DNA of 63,983 nucleotides, counting the filler, from Dimargaris cristalligena (taxonomy: Eukaryota), in NCBI GenBank assembly GCA_003614675.1. It is 24 parts of 24 records of this genome, joined end to end, with 100 filler letters (N's around TTAATTAATTAA, not from the genome) between each part and the next. Parts side by side here need not be neighbours in the genome. Positions count along the whole stretch, not along the records: positions 1 to 2,530 come from ML004150.1; positions 2,631 to 5,266 come from ML004151.1; positions 5,367 to 8,001 come from ML004152.1; positions 8,102 to 10,723 come from ML004153.1; positions 10,824 to 13,441 come from ML004154.1; 19 more parts are not named here. One strand, written 5' to 3'. Both the position numbers and the translations under genes were made by a program. The first letter of the stretch is position 1, and each line of letters opens with the position of its first letter. The notes below the pieces were generated by a model that was not told the DNA's origin, made no database searches, and saw nothing but the letters and a program-made list of their open reading frames with translations. Shown one piece after another: positions 1-11,335 of this stretch.

Positions 1-2233
1 TCTAAATTTGTGCCACTTATGGCGTCGTATATTAGCGAACGGGATGCCCACGTTCGGACGGCGTCGCTTAATGCCCTGGTTCAGGTATTCCTGCAAATGG
101 GGGAGCCGATCTATAGCCTAATTGGTCGGCTTAATGATAAAGATCGAACCCTGCTGGAGGAGAAATTCAAGCGGACTAAGCTGCCGCCCGGTCTAGCCCC
201 ACCCCCTTCCACTTCGGCCCCGGTTGCTTCCCGACGACTGGCGACACCGGGCGAGAGCCGCCTAGCGCGTGCCCCACCTAGTCGAGCCTCGGGGCTTCCG
301 GCCCCTGGATCCATGGGGGACCGCCCGTCTTCCCGGATCGGACAGCTGCGCACCCGCCCCCAATCGATCCACTTGGGGTCTCTCCCCGGGGGCCCGGAAG
401 CCCGACTATCCCATCCCGAAGTGCACCCCCCCAATTCGGCCACTCTTCCTTCCGGGCGTTCCTACTCCGGCTCGGCCGCGGGACCCGATGACCATCCAGG
501 TCTCCTGAACCGCCGCAAGGATTTTAGCTTAGACCTGGACCAATTGAACCTCCCTAAAATTGCGACCTTGCCTCAGCGGGGCGCCCGTGCCCCTCTCGAA
601 AGCGGCGGCAGTCTTACCCACCGCACCCGCCCGGCCAGTGTCTATGCGGACTCCGCCACCGGGCCTTCAGCGCCGCCCACCGGTGGTAGCCAGACGTATA
701 TGCTTGACGTGATACTAGCCCAGATCACCAGTCCCGACGTGGACGAGAGTATCGAGGCACTCAAGTACTTGGAACGGCAATGCACCCCACAGGCCATCCA
801 TGAACTACTCCCCCAAATCAACTCGTTCGTCAATGCCCTTGCCCTGCAGTTAGGGCTCGCTTTTACGTTACCCCCCGCTATGCCCCCCACGTTTGACGCC
901 ATGCCGACGGCAGCGGCGGCGGCCTACTCCACATCTAAATCCAACTTCTCCATTTCCCAGTTCCGCCTTTGCAAGCGAGTCATTCACTGTTGCATGCAGC
1001 TCTTCCAGATGTCCGACGTGGGCAAGGTTGTGGAAACGGCCTCCCTCGAGACCCTTCTGTTCCAAATCCTGAAGCGCTTGCTTGACCCCCGCCTATCGGC
1101 CGGGGAGGACAACAAACACCTCACCCGGGCCATGAACGTCCTGGTGATGCACATCCTGGATAATGGCGACCGTAACCGGGTCTATAACGCACTCTTCTCC
1201 ATTTTGGGCAAGGCCTGCGCCGACCTCCCCGTTGACAGCGATCCACGGGCCGAGGAACACGGCATGTTCGCCGACCTGACCATGAAATGCGTCTGGAAAT
1301 TGTCCAAGCGGCTGCGTGAGGATTTGGGCAAAGACCTGATCCGGTTCGACGAGTTTCTAGCCACTGTGAACGACTTCTTTGTCCGTTGGCCCGAGGCCTT
1401 CTGGCAGCAGCGCACTCTGGACAAAATACTATTTACCGATATGCCCTACCGAACGGTTAAATCGATTCTGTACGACCTGGCTTCCGTTCGAGGCACCGAT
1501 CTTCTTAACCACCTTGGACGCATTGAAAACCACGAGCACTCCCCACTGTATCGCTACCTGCAATCCATTCTCCAGTTGCCCGACCCGTCGGCCCGCCCAA
1601 AGCCCCTTAGTCCACACTCCAATCCCAGCAGCGGGGGTCTTTCCCTCCCCGTTGGCCTAACCGGACCCGTGGCCCCCGTCTCCATGCCCTCGGTAAGCGA
1701 CAGTCTGGGCCACCTCCGAACCCGGTTACAAATGGCGGTCCAGGATGCCAATAGCAATTCCACTCAACTAGGTGGCTCGCATAATACGGGAACCCTCGAT
1801 CGATCACGCCCGACGTCCATGTATGCGGATTCCCAGCGTAGTGCCCCCGACGATAGCGCGGAGCTGGCGCGGGCCCGCTCGCCTGAGGCGTATAAGCGAA
1901 ACCTGCAGCAATGGCAGGAGCGTCTCGGTTACCGGTCCAACCACCCCACTCTGGGCGCCCCCCCACGCCTCAACCACCCTTCCACCCTCGGTTGCCCATT
2001 TGACCGAGTCTTCACGACCCTTTTCGATGGCTTTATCGCCTGTTATCCAAGCCAGCTTAACCCCGCTGCCGGAATCGGTAATTTCCGTGGCATCCATGGC
2101 TCCGCGGCCAGCGGAATCCAGCCCATTGGTCCCCCAGTTACGACCCATGTCGCATGTCCAGGGCCATACCGTGGAGGATCTTCGGGCCCGCCTCGCCAAA
2201 ATGAAAAGCACGTTAGGGAACCGTCAATTTTAA
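1..2233 (+). CDS. XMAP215/ch-TOG/Stu2-family microtubule polymerase, C-terminal part (5' truncated; apparent frameshift near 1960)
   Basis: TOG HEAT-like segment (ISERDAHVRTASLNALVQ...LLEEKFKR); cryptic TOG6-like region (LLDPRL..LTRAMNVLVMHILDN..FADLTMKCVWKL); ch-TOG-type tail VEDLRARLAKMKS in the +1 frame ending at 2233. Confidence 0.85.
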
Positions 2234-2744
2234 ATGTGGCCCAGCGCTCCTTCCTTCTTGTCTAGTTTAGGTCGACAACAGCCACCCTCTCCCTCTCAGC
2301 TTCGCTATTCATCAATCCAAACGGGCCTAAGGGATGAGCCATTACTAGCGCTTCACTGCCAACTAAAAACCAACCACGATATTCCCACACCCTTCATCAT
2401 CCGAACCCCAGCGCTCCCCTCGTACATTTCGTGTACTTTTTACCATATTTTATATACGAACCCTAAAATTATGTTACCATCCTTACGGACCACCCCTTTG
2501 CACCTATTACATTTATATCCTCGTATTTCTNNNNNNNNNNNNNNNNNNNNNNNNNNNNNNNNNNNNNNNNNNNNTTAATTAATTAANNNNNNNNNNNNNN
2601 NNNNNNNNNNNNNNNNNNNNNNNNNNNNNNTCATTTATCTATATCTATAACCCACCATTTTAACACATTTCCCGTTTTCGGACGCAATTGGCACAACACT
2701 TTGGTAGTGATGCTACGTTTTTTCTTTTTGAGCCGTAATTAACC

Positions 2745-3983
2745 ATGGACACCGACCCCTCCCAGGCTAATCTTCAGCAGGGCCTGTTGAACCTTCAACA
2801 ACAACTCGACCAACAGAAACAGCAAAACGAACAGTACCAGCAACAGTTTACCGCGGTTTTGCAACAGAATGAGGTTATGGTGGCAAAATTATCCCAGCTA
2901 CTTGACCAGAACATTACCAGTACTGTAATGACGCAGGAAACAGCGCAGGGAGCCCGTCAGATGGCTCAGAAGGCGGATTCAACGGCTCGGAAGGCTGGTA
3001 AACGAGCGGAGGACGCGGGGGAAACAGCTATTCGAGCTGGCCAAACTGCGGAATTAGCGGGTAGCACTACCCAGAGAGCGGGAACTACTGCTGCCCAAGC
3101 CAGCGCCACTGCGCAACAGGCGGGTACCCTTGCCCAGCAGGCGGGCACTACAGTGACTCAGGTGCAATCAGCTATGGCGGATACTGGCAGGGGCGAGATT
3201 TTGGAAACCTATGGCCATCCCAAACCGGAGCGTGTGGATGCTTTTACTGGCGGTATCCACGAAAATGTCCAGATGTGGTTAGAAAAGGCCCGAAATCAAT
3301 CGAAGGGCCTATTTCCCACTGAGGCGAAACAAATCGAGCATGTATCCCGCTCCTTGGATCACCGTGCTCTACGCTGGTTCAATGATGAGGAGAGTGGCGG
3401 GCATTACTTTACCCAGTGGCAGGACTTCCAGGACTCCATTATGGAGGCGTTCTATGACCCTACCATTACTCGTCGCTTGCGGTCCAAGTTAAAGCAGATT
3501 CATTTCCGAGGCAACATTGAGCGCTTTACTAGTGAGTTTTCTAAACTGGCTGATCAAATCCCGGATATGTCTCCGGCTGAAGTAGTTCCTTTATTCTTGG
3601 AGAAATTACCAGCCTATACTCAGGTTGTGGTGGCCACCATATACCCAACCAATCTACGTCAAGCCATTAATTTGGCTAGCCAAGTCCATCCTGTGTATGC
3701 TGATGGCCCTGGAATGGGGATTCGTAACTATCGCGGGCCTCGAGGAAATTGTGGGTATAGTGGAGGTAATGGTCCTAGTCCCATGGAGTTGGACACTTTG
3801 TTACCCTTAACCAATGAAGAGCGTAACTACCTTCAAGCCAGTGGATCTTGTTTTGCCTGTCGTCAAAAGGGGCATATAGCTTGCAACTGTCCTAAATCCA
3901 GACGGCATAATCCATCGACTGGGCCCCAGTCCAACACACTGGATCAGGCCCAGACAAAAAACTCCCAAACCTTGGAGGCTTAG
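2745..3983 (+). CDS. gag: Retrotransposon Gag (coiled-coil N-terminus, capsid-like domain, CCHC zinc knuckle)
   Basis: ALRWF..W.DF capsid-like segment, GPSPMELD motif, CFACRQKGHIACNC knuckle. Confidence 0.92.
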   Translation: MDTDPSQANLQQGLLNLQQQLDQQKQQNEQYQQQFTAVLQQNEVMVAKLSQLLDQNITSTVMTQETAQGARQMAQKADSTARKAGKRAEDAGETAIRAGQTAELAGSTTQRAGTTAAQASATAQQAGTLAQQAGTTVTQVQSAMADTGRGEILETYGHPKPERVDAFTGGIHENVQMWLEKARNQSKGLFPTEAKQIEHVSRSLDHRALRWFNDEESGGHYFTQWQDFQDSIMEAFYDPTITRRLRSKLKQIHFRGNIERFTSEFSKLADQIPDMSPAEVVPLFLEKLPAYTQVVVATIYPTNLRQAINLASQVHPVYADGPGMGIRNYRGPRGNCGYSGGNGPSPMELDTLLPLTNEERNYLQASGSCFACRQKGHIACNCPKSRRHNPSTGPQSNTLDQAQTKNSQTLEA

Positions 3984-5197
3984 CCGGGCCCGACCAAGGT
4001 TCCCTATCTTCATTATCCTTAGGCCATTCTGCCCACATTACTTCAATCAATACTACTAGTTCTTTCCCTTTGCAACCACCTTTAACCCTTACTTATAAAA
4101 AACTTTTTCCTTGGGTTGCTGATTTATTATTAGGGTCTGAACAAGCGGTAGCATTTGATTTATCTAGTATGGAGAACAAGATTTTAAAGCCCGGCCAATG
4201 TGAAAAAATCAATACTGGTGTCTGTGTAATGCCCCCACCGGGATAATATGTCCAACTGGCCCTCCGATCCAGTACTGTCATATCCGGATACACTTTGGAT
4301 GCTGGAGTTATTGACCCTGACTATCGGGGTCCCATTTATGCGGTTCTTTCTAATTACACTAACCATGATTTGGCCATTCATCAGGGGGATCGCTTAGTCC
4401 AAGGGGTTTTACTACCCCATACCAGTTGCCAGTTTAAACTGGTAGAATCCCTGCCATCCACCCAGCGTCAGGACCATGGTTTTGGTTCTAGTAATTATAC
4501 CATTAACCAGGAAAGTTATGAGGGGCCTAGGGGTCAGCCATTATTACTCATAGATGGCCAGGTCCAGGGCCTCTCTGTTACAGCTATGGTTGATACCGGT
4601 GCCTCCAATAATTTTATTACCAAGGCTACTGCTAAACAAGTGGGCCTTGAGTTACTACCTTGCCATCAACCTTATACTGTTAGTCTTGGTAACCTTCAAC
4701 GCCAGGAATTAACCCATTTTATTCATGGCCCACTTTTTTTACCCCCTTGGCATAGTTCCATTAGCGCCTTGGTTCTTGAAAAAGCTCCATATGATCTTAT
4801 CCTGGGCCAGCCATGGCTTATGGAGCATCAACCTACTGTTCACTAGCAGGACTATCAACTAAAATTACCTTATTGTAAACTTAGTATCCAGGGACACCCA
4901 AGTCTTAGTCCTGAGATTCACTGCCAACCAGTTCAGTTAGTCTCTATTAACCAAGTTATTAATGAAATGGATACTGAGCCGGTTTTTATGGTCATGGTGC
5001 AACCACCTCCTGAGGCTTCCCCGGCTATTCCAGCCAATTATGAAGCCATTCTTCAACCATTTCGTAACACTATTTTAGGACCATTACCCCCGGGTTTACC
5101 ACCTCCACGACCTATTGACCATCAAATTGATACTGGTGACTCTGTACCAGTCTACCGGCATCCTTACAAACTAACTCAGGCTGATTTACAGGAATTG
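3959..5197 (+). pseudogene. pol in the -1 frame: dUTPase, aspartic protease and RT N-terminus, with premature stops at 4244 (TAA) and 4844 (TAG)
   Basis: dUTPase motifs AFDL, RSS, AGVIDPDYRG, GDRLVQ, RQDHGFGSS; protease MVDTGASNNF and DLILGQPWL; GLPPPRPIDHQIDT typical of a gypsy RT start. Confidence 0.9.
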
Positions 5198-5266
5198 TGT
5201 GGTGAACTTACCACATTTTTTACCTACTTTTATTTTTTATCTATTTTTCGCACTTATCGGAAGTAT
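5198..5266 (+). mobile_element. Terminus of LTR-like family B (TGTGGTGAACTTACCACA...) inserted into the RT; other copies on the minus strand at about 5645-5728 and 24382-24471
   Basis: Near-identical sequence in three contigs, beginning TG; abruptly ends RT homology. Confidence 0.75.
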
Positions 5267-5421
5267 NNNNNNNNNNNNNNNNNNNNNNNNNNNNNNNNNN
5301 NNNNNNNNNNTTAATTAATTAANNNNNNNNNNNNNNNNNNNNNNNNNNNNNNNNNNNNNNNNNNNNATATACAGGGATAACTTTAGAGGGAGGTCCCAAG
5401 GGGAGGATATTACTAAGACTA

Positions 5422-5644
5422 TGTTGAAGAATATGTTCCTACGTGTTCTTTATTCTATCCTATTTATACCCAATTACATTAGTTTATTCTACTACCATGA
5501 GATCATTCATGTTAGCTAATTATATTTCACCCCACAGAAATTACAATTCAATAAAACTAACCACCTAGAGGTACCTACCATCCTCTAGTTGCTTTCTTCC
5601 CTTACTTCCAGTTTTATTTCCTTTAAGTCCTTAGTATTCCAAAA
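5422..5644 (+). mobile_element. Short (~220 bp) TGTTG...CAACA-type LTR; second copy at 26422-26637
   Basis: Two alignable copies (shared CAATAAAACTAACCACCT.GAGG core) with internal AATAAA; the 26422 copy has intact inverted termini, this one ends TCCAAAA. Confidence 0.6.
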
Positions 5645-5729
5645 ATTTACTCATCAGGGTGTACTTCCAATAAGTGCAAGAAATAGATAAAAAATAAAAG
5701 TAGGTAAAAATGTGGTAAGTTCACCATAC

Positions 5730-7983
5730 CCCGGTTACCTAGTTGTCCCTGTCTAAAGATCAAATAAGAATCATTCCCACTAAGTGTGTATTTTCCTATA
5801 GTTGGCTAGTTTTACTACTGGGCTATTACTGCTCCAGCTGGTCCTGATAAGGTCATCAGGTTATATTATCTTATGGTATTAAGTATGACCACAACACCTG
5901 GTAGTTTTTGCTGGCTGTTTAGGATTAGCTGTAAAAATAACCTCAAATTCTTGAACTACCATGTCTACTGTCTTCAACAGCCTTCCCTAGACAAGTTAAT
6001 ACCTGGGTGTCCAGTCAGAGGGTGTACCTTGACCTCAATGACACACCCATCATCTCCTCAAATTGTCTATAGATCCTGTGCTGGTAGGATCATCTCAATG
6101 TGATGTTTAATCCAGTTAGTCCCCAAGATAATATCAAATGGGCTGGAAGTTACTAACCAAAATGATGTTGTGACTTGGATATCTCTGAATGGTAGTACTA
6201 CTACTACCCATTCCCCATGTTTCTTGTCAACCTGCACATCCACCATCATCATCAGGAGATGTTCCGCTGCGTCCCTATAGTGCCTCGCAGCCATGATAGC
6301 ATACCTAGTGACCATGTTTAGTGATGAGCCCATATCAAATAGTATAGTAACTTGCCGGTCACCCTAGAAAACATCAGTCACAAATAAATTTGTTTCTGAC
6401 ATTTCCCTCCCACTAACAACTCATTCATCTAGGCACAACTTGGCGGGTCCTAGTTGTACCTGTCCATGTTTCCCAAATTGGTGTCCTCACCGTCAGACAG
6501 GGCAATCTGCGCATTCTGGTGAGACCAATTACACTTCCCCTTCTTGTCCTTTGAGTTCAGTCCGTTTTTCTTGTTCTGACAATGCTTCCGCAGGTGTCCC
6601 AGCTCACCACAAGCATAGCAACGCGGTTTACGGTTACCACTCTTAGAATTAGTGCCACCTTTTGAAACTCCACGCGTAATTTAGACATTTGCCACTGCAT
6701 ACTGCTCCTCAGATATATACCACGGGCCCGGCCTTGCCAATTGATCACAAACCGCACACATCTGTGACAGGGAAAGGCCCGGCATCACCAAGACCTGGTT
6801 AGCCAATTGACGATTTGGAGCCTGCATCCAAAACCATTTGCGCTGAAAACCAATATCCATTTGGCCTTCCCAGGCCATCCGGCAATATAGTTCAAATTTT
6901 GCTCGCCATACCCACATAGTTTCATTTGGATCCAGTTTCAATTTGAGGACCCGGATAACCGCATAGGATTGCACTGTTTCATAGCCTGCATGACGGACGA
7001 ATTCCGAAAAAAGTTCTTCCATGGTGGGGGTGGCTGTATGGTGCTTCAGATCAGCATTGAACCACGCCTGTCCGTTCAAGGAGAGGCGGGTATAGAAAAA
7101 CTAAATTTTCTCAAGGCGAGTTTGTGCTTTAGCATCCAAGCACGCCGAATTAAACTCCACAAACCAAAGGTAAGGATCATCCTTGGTTGGGTCGAACTTT
7201 GCATGGGACCCCGCTCTCTCTGCGACTGGGGACATAATGATGTCGTCACCCCATACCTCGATGTTGGGAATCCGACGAACTGGAATATTGACCCTCTCAA
7301 CTGGCACTGCAGGCTGCAGTCCTGGGTTAGGTGTCGATACTTAGTCCGTCATACTGTACGATTCTGAGCACGGAAAAGAGCAAAAGGACTCGAGAGATGA
7401 AGAGAGGGGTGAGTCAGAATCGGGAGGTAACCAATAACGCATACAAGTGTTGGCATAAAATATAATTAAAAAAAACCCGTGCACCGGTACCAAAATAAAT
7501 GATTAATACGGAAATAACAGGCACTGAACGTCAATAAGACCGTCCCCTGTCTAAAAAAAACCCCCCGGGATCACACAAAAAGTAGGGAGAGATAAGATAT
7601 TGCACTAGGACCGTAGAAACTGGCCCTCCACCAAATGTTATGTGTAAAGCGATAAGAGATAGTTGATAGATAATAATAATTATGAGCAAGAGAAAAGGAA
7701 ACCTCCTGGAATTATTAGATGGAGCAGAGGTGCTAGTATATAGTAAAAACGGTATCCCCAGGATGTTGCCGTTAGGGATATTGGCTTATTCATCATGATA
7801 CCGAAAAGGAATGATTTGCACTTTATAATGTACTCAGTGAAGGCTATGCCATTTATATTCCCCTCCCGGCTATTTCGAGACTTGATAATATTGTGAAGGG
7901 GCAGAAAGTTTATATTGTTCGACGTGTAACGGGCCAATCGGCCCATAGTGGGCTAAACAGCCAATAGAATAGTTAGTGTAACA
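5730..7983 (-). mobile_element. Decayed Ty3/gypsy element: 5' LTR 7636-7983, PBS, frameshifted gag and protease
   Basis: TGTTA...TAACA LTR; PBS TGGTGGAGG (tRNA-Ala-like) at 7633; CYACGELGHLRKHC knuckle at about 6580-6620; protease LFD(M)GS and FDIILGTNWI. Confidence 0.8.
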
Positions 7984-8101
7984 TCCAGCAGAACGGGAGG
8001 ANNNNNNNNNNNNNNNNNNNNNNNNNNNNNNNNNNNNNNNNNNNNTTAATTAATTAANNNNNNNNNNNNNNNNNNNNNNNNNNNNNNNNNNNNNNNNNNN
8101 N

Positions 8102-10723
8102 GACTTTGAGTAAGGTTTTCTGGGGGTGGCCAGGCCATGATCTTGTTGATTTTCTCACGGCTAGGACGTCTGCCATCCTTATTACAGATGAAACCAACGA
8201 TTTTGATACTGGGAGTCCCAAATAAAGACTTTTCCCCACTTATTGTAAGGCCAGCATCTTCAAGGGTTGCCAAAATATTGCTATTGTCTTGAATATGGTC
8301 CCAGACGAATTTTCTGACACCAGGTTTTACAAAACCTTTGTCCATGATTTGATTTTCTCGAACACCAATGTCATCCATAAAAACTGCGACTTTTTGTGGA
8401 ATAAATTTGTACAAAACATTGATCATAGTACGCTGGAATACAGCTACAGAATTGGTAGCACCTTGGGATAGTCTAGTCATTCGTAGCAGGCCAAAGGGGG
8501 TTGGCAGTGCAAACATATCCCTGCACCGAGTATCCAGAGGGATTTGATCATACCCTGAATACATGTCAAATGATGAATAAATACTGCAGTTTGAAAAGTT
8601 TTCAGTAAATTCATCAATGACTGGGGGAATCCCTGCATCCTTGATGGTGACAGCATTGCCAGGACGCATATCTTGAAGGAACCTGAGCTTCCCTGACTTT
8701 TTCTTTTGGACAAACCAACGATTTGCATAAGGGCCAAAGCTTGGTTCCAGAATTCCCAGGCGTACCTTCTCTTGGAGCATTACTATTACTTGGGAGAGTA
8801 TGGCCTTTGTAATTGGAAAGGGCTTATAGCTCCAGGGAATGTGTGGGACCATGGGTATAAATACTGGGGGCGCTATATGGGGTTTCAATAGGCCCATTTC
8901 AGAGTCCTGGTAGCAGAATGCCCGCTCATGTTGTTTGAGCATTTCCTTAAAGGCGGTTCTTTCAGTAGCCAATAAAAACCCAGAATTTTCTACCAGCTGT
9001 TCTAGTCGCTGGTCAGTTAGTCTAGGGGTATCCACCCCCTCAAATGGAGCTTGGGGGAGGGCGGATGGACAGTTCCCATCAGGTAGAGGGGCTAAAACTG
9101 GACGAATTTTTTCTTTAACTGATTTGTATTTAGTACGTGCAATTGCCACTTGTTCCTGGGGTCCTATCAGGTCGCTGGGTATGCCAAATTGCTCCAGGGC
9201 AAGCTTATTTACTTGGACAATTGTTTGCTGGTTCCCTATGGCCCGTCTGACCCGAGTTTTATTATGGACATCTTTTCCAGTGGCCGCCAAAAATTGTACA
9301 CGAGTGGGGGATGTTTGGCATTGGATCCTATACCACACAGAGCCATCAGGAAGGCATTTCCTATCTGCTCTGGCTGCATGTTCCCAGGGTCGGCCTAAAA
9401 GGACTTCATAATCAGCGTCACCAGTGATGAAAGTGGGTACTTGAGTTTCTACACCTGAAATTGAAATTGAGCATTGGTGGCATACTCCCCGCAGTTTCTT
9501 TAGGCCTTGGTTAGCATCCTTCATATGCCAGTTGATATCAGTATCCAGGGTAAGTTGTTTGAGGTCATTCAGACGTTTGGCCATAGCCAGGGACATTACA
9601 CAGATTTCTGAACCAGGATCGATCTCTAGAACAGTGTCCACACCATTGATTTTGCCTTGTACGCTTGCAGTTGCCATAGAATAGAAGGGAATGGGTGCTT
9701 CTTCAGTTGTATTTTCCAGGGTGTCGGGCTGGAAGTAGGCAATTTCATTGACCTGGGGTATGTTGGTTGTTTGGCCACGCCTAGGCTTTACAGCCATATC
9801 AATTTCCTTTCTAATGGCCGGGGATAACAGCAGTAAGTCCCTGATAGAAACCTTGATATCAGTTTCCAGAATTTTGTAGGCAATTTTGGGGGGGTCGGGG
9901 ATCTTTTGGTCAGTAGGTACAGAGCCTAAGAATGTCTCAGTAGTCGTGGGTCTTTTGTCTGGGGTAGGTGTCACTTGGTTGAGCACCCCCTTGTCTGGTT
10001 TTCCCGTGGTTGTAGCTCCCAGAGTGCTATTTTTCAAGCCCGAATTTTTTGATAAGGTATTTTCAGTTTTCCTTGGGGTATTGGTAGGGCCGCTGCTGTA
10101 CTCTACTGGAGGTGTAGGGTTACTAAAAGGGGTAGTATCTCCCATAAAAGTAGCTGGGGGTCCTTGAAAGGGTCGTCCCAGCTCTTGTGCAAGCTGTGCT
10201 GGTGATAGAGGTTTTAGAATTTTCCTAGCCTCTCTCTCAGGGTCGCTGTTTGACCTGAATCTCTTTCCTAGGTATGCCAAGGGATTGTGAAACACAGGGC
10301 AGTCCCACCCAGTGGTTTCCTGGATGATAGCATCCTCTTCTATGTCGCTGGTAAATTCCTTGTTATTTTGGGCTTCCAGGGCAATAGCCCGATTTCTCAC
10401 AATAAATTCGTCATCAATAAAATCATTACTGATAATATCAACCTTCCTGGTAGCCGTAGAATTTCCTTGGTTTCTTGATAGGATAATTTGTTTGATACCT
10501 CCTTGGCCAAAGTTGGTTGAAATCTGATTTCCTTGATGGTCCAAGATAAATCCACACTGGTCCAAGTTTACCTAATGATTTTGGATAGCTTCCTGGAGGT
10601 CTTGACACTCACGTTTTTGATGGTCAGAGGAATCACAGTAAATACACCTGGATAATCTGGTGGGTGCTGTATACGCTGGTTTTTGGTGAGCAGGGAATCC
10701 AGCCGATTGGAAACCTTTACTGG
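8102..10723 (-). mobile_element. Ty3/gypsy gag-pol internal fragment (zinc knuckle, protease, RT) with an in-frame TAG at 10572-10574
   Basis: CIYCDSSDHQKREC knuckle; LEIDPGSE protease; RT motifs KKKSGKLRF, FDMYSGYDQIPL, QGATNS, FMDDI. Confidence 0.93.
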
Positions 10724-10823
10724 NNNNNNNNNNNNNNNNNNNNNNNNNNNNNNNNNNNNNNNNNNNNTTAATTAATTAANNNNNNNNNNNNNNNNNNNNN
10801 NNNNNNNNNNNNNNNNNNNNNNN

Positions 10824-10937
10824 CTCCCCCTTGCTACCACCTCTTGGAACAGCAAGTCTATCATCACCTTTCCCTTTTTATCACCTATCTTTTTAAATAA
10901 AGTTCAGTTTTCAAAAATTTAAGTTCAGTTCTTTACA
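10824..10937 (+). mobile_element. 3' end of LTR-like family C (...CTTTACA); reverse copy at 21466-21576
   Basis: Two alignable ~110-nt copies with AATAAA; this copy ends CA, the other shows the CA->TA change. Confidence 0.6.
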
Positions 10938-10949
10938 GTTCCTCCTTTC

Positions 10950-11335
10950 TCCTTTAGAGTCTTCCAGATACAAGCCCCTAGTTGAGACTCCAACCCTTGC
11001 CTCTTCTTTAGTCATCCCATTGCTCTTAAGGATACCTCATTATGAGCAGTCCCCGCATATAAATAACCAGGCCCCTCTGGGACTGGTTCAGTTCCTTAGC
11101 TTATTTCTTACCCTTAGAGTTACCTCAATAAACTCCTTATATGCTCACCCATTGTATTAGCCAGTAAGTGTGTCCACTGCACATCCCTTGTATTAGCCTG
11201 CACTCATTCTTTATTGGTTAGTACTGATCCCTCCCTAATACTAGTAGCCCACTTGGCTGAGCCTAATCCCTGCCTACCATTAGAAGGCTATCTTTGGGAC
11301 TCTTAATAGACTAAGAGTGGTTAACCCAGGTGACA
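10950..11335 (+). mobile_element. LTR family A fragment (3' part)
   Basis: Aligns to 36953-37516; ends GGTGACA. Confidence 0.8.

Larger units (their letters stand above)
2631..5197 (+). mobile_element. Ty3/gypsy LTR retrotransposon, 5' part: LTR end, PBS, gag, dUTPase, protease, start of RT
   Basis: LTR end ...CACAACA at 2698; PBS TGGTAGTG at 2702 (iMet-like TGGTAGCG with one C->T); domain motifs listed in the gag and pol entries. Confidence 0.93.

Noticed and set aside
2575-2586. Regularly recurring TTAATTAATTAA palindrome
   Set aside because: Artificial all-frame stop linker between contigs; ORF ends reading XXX-LIN are artefacts
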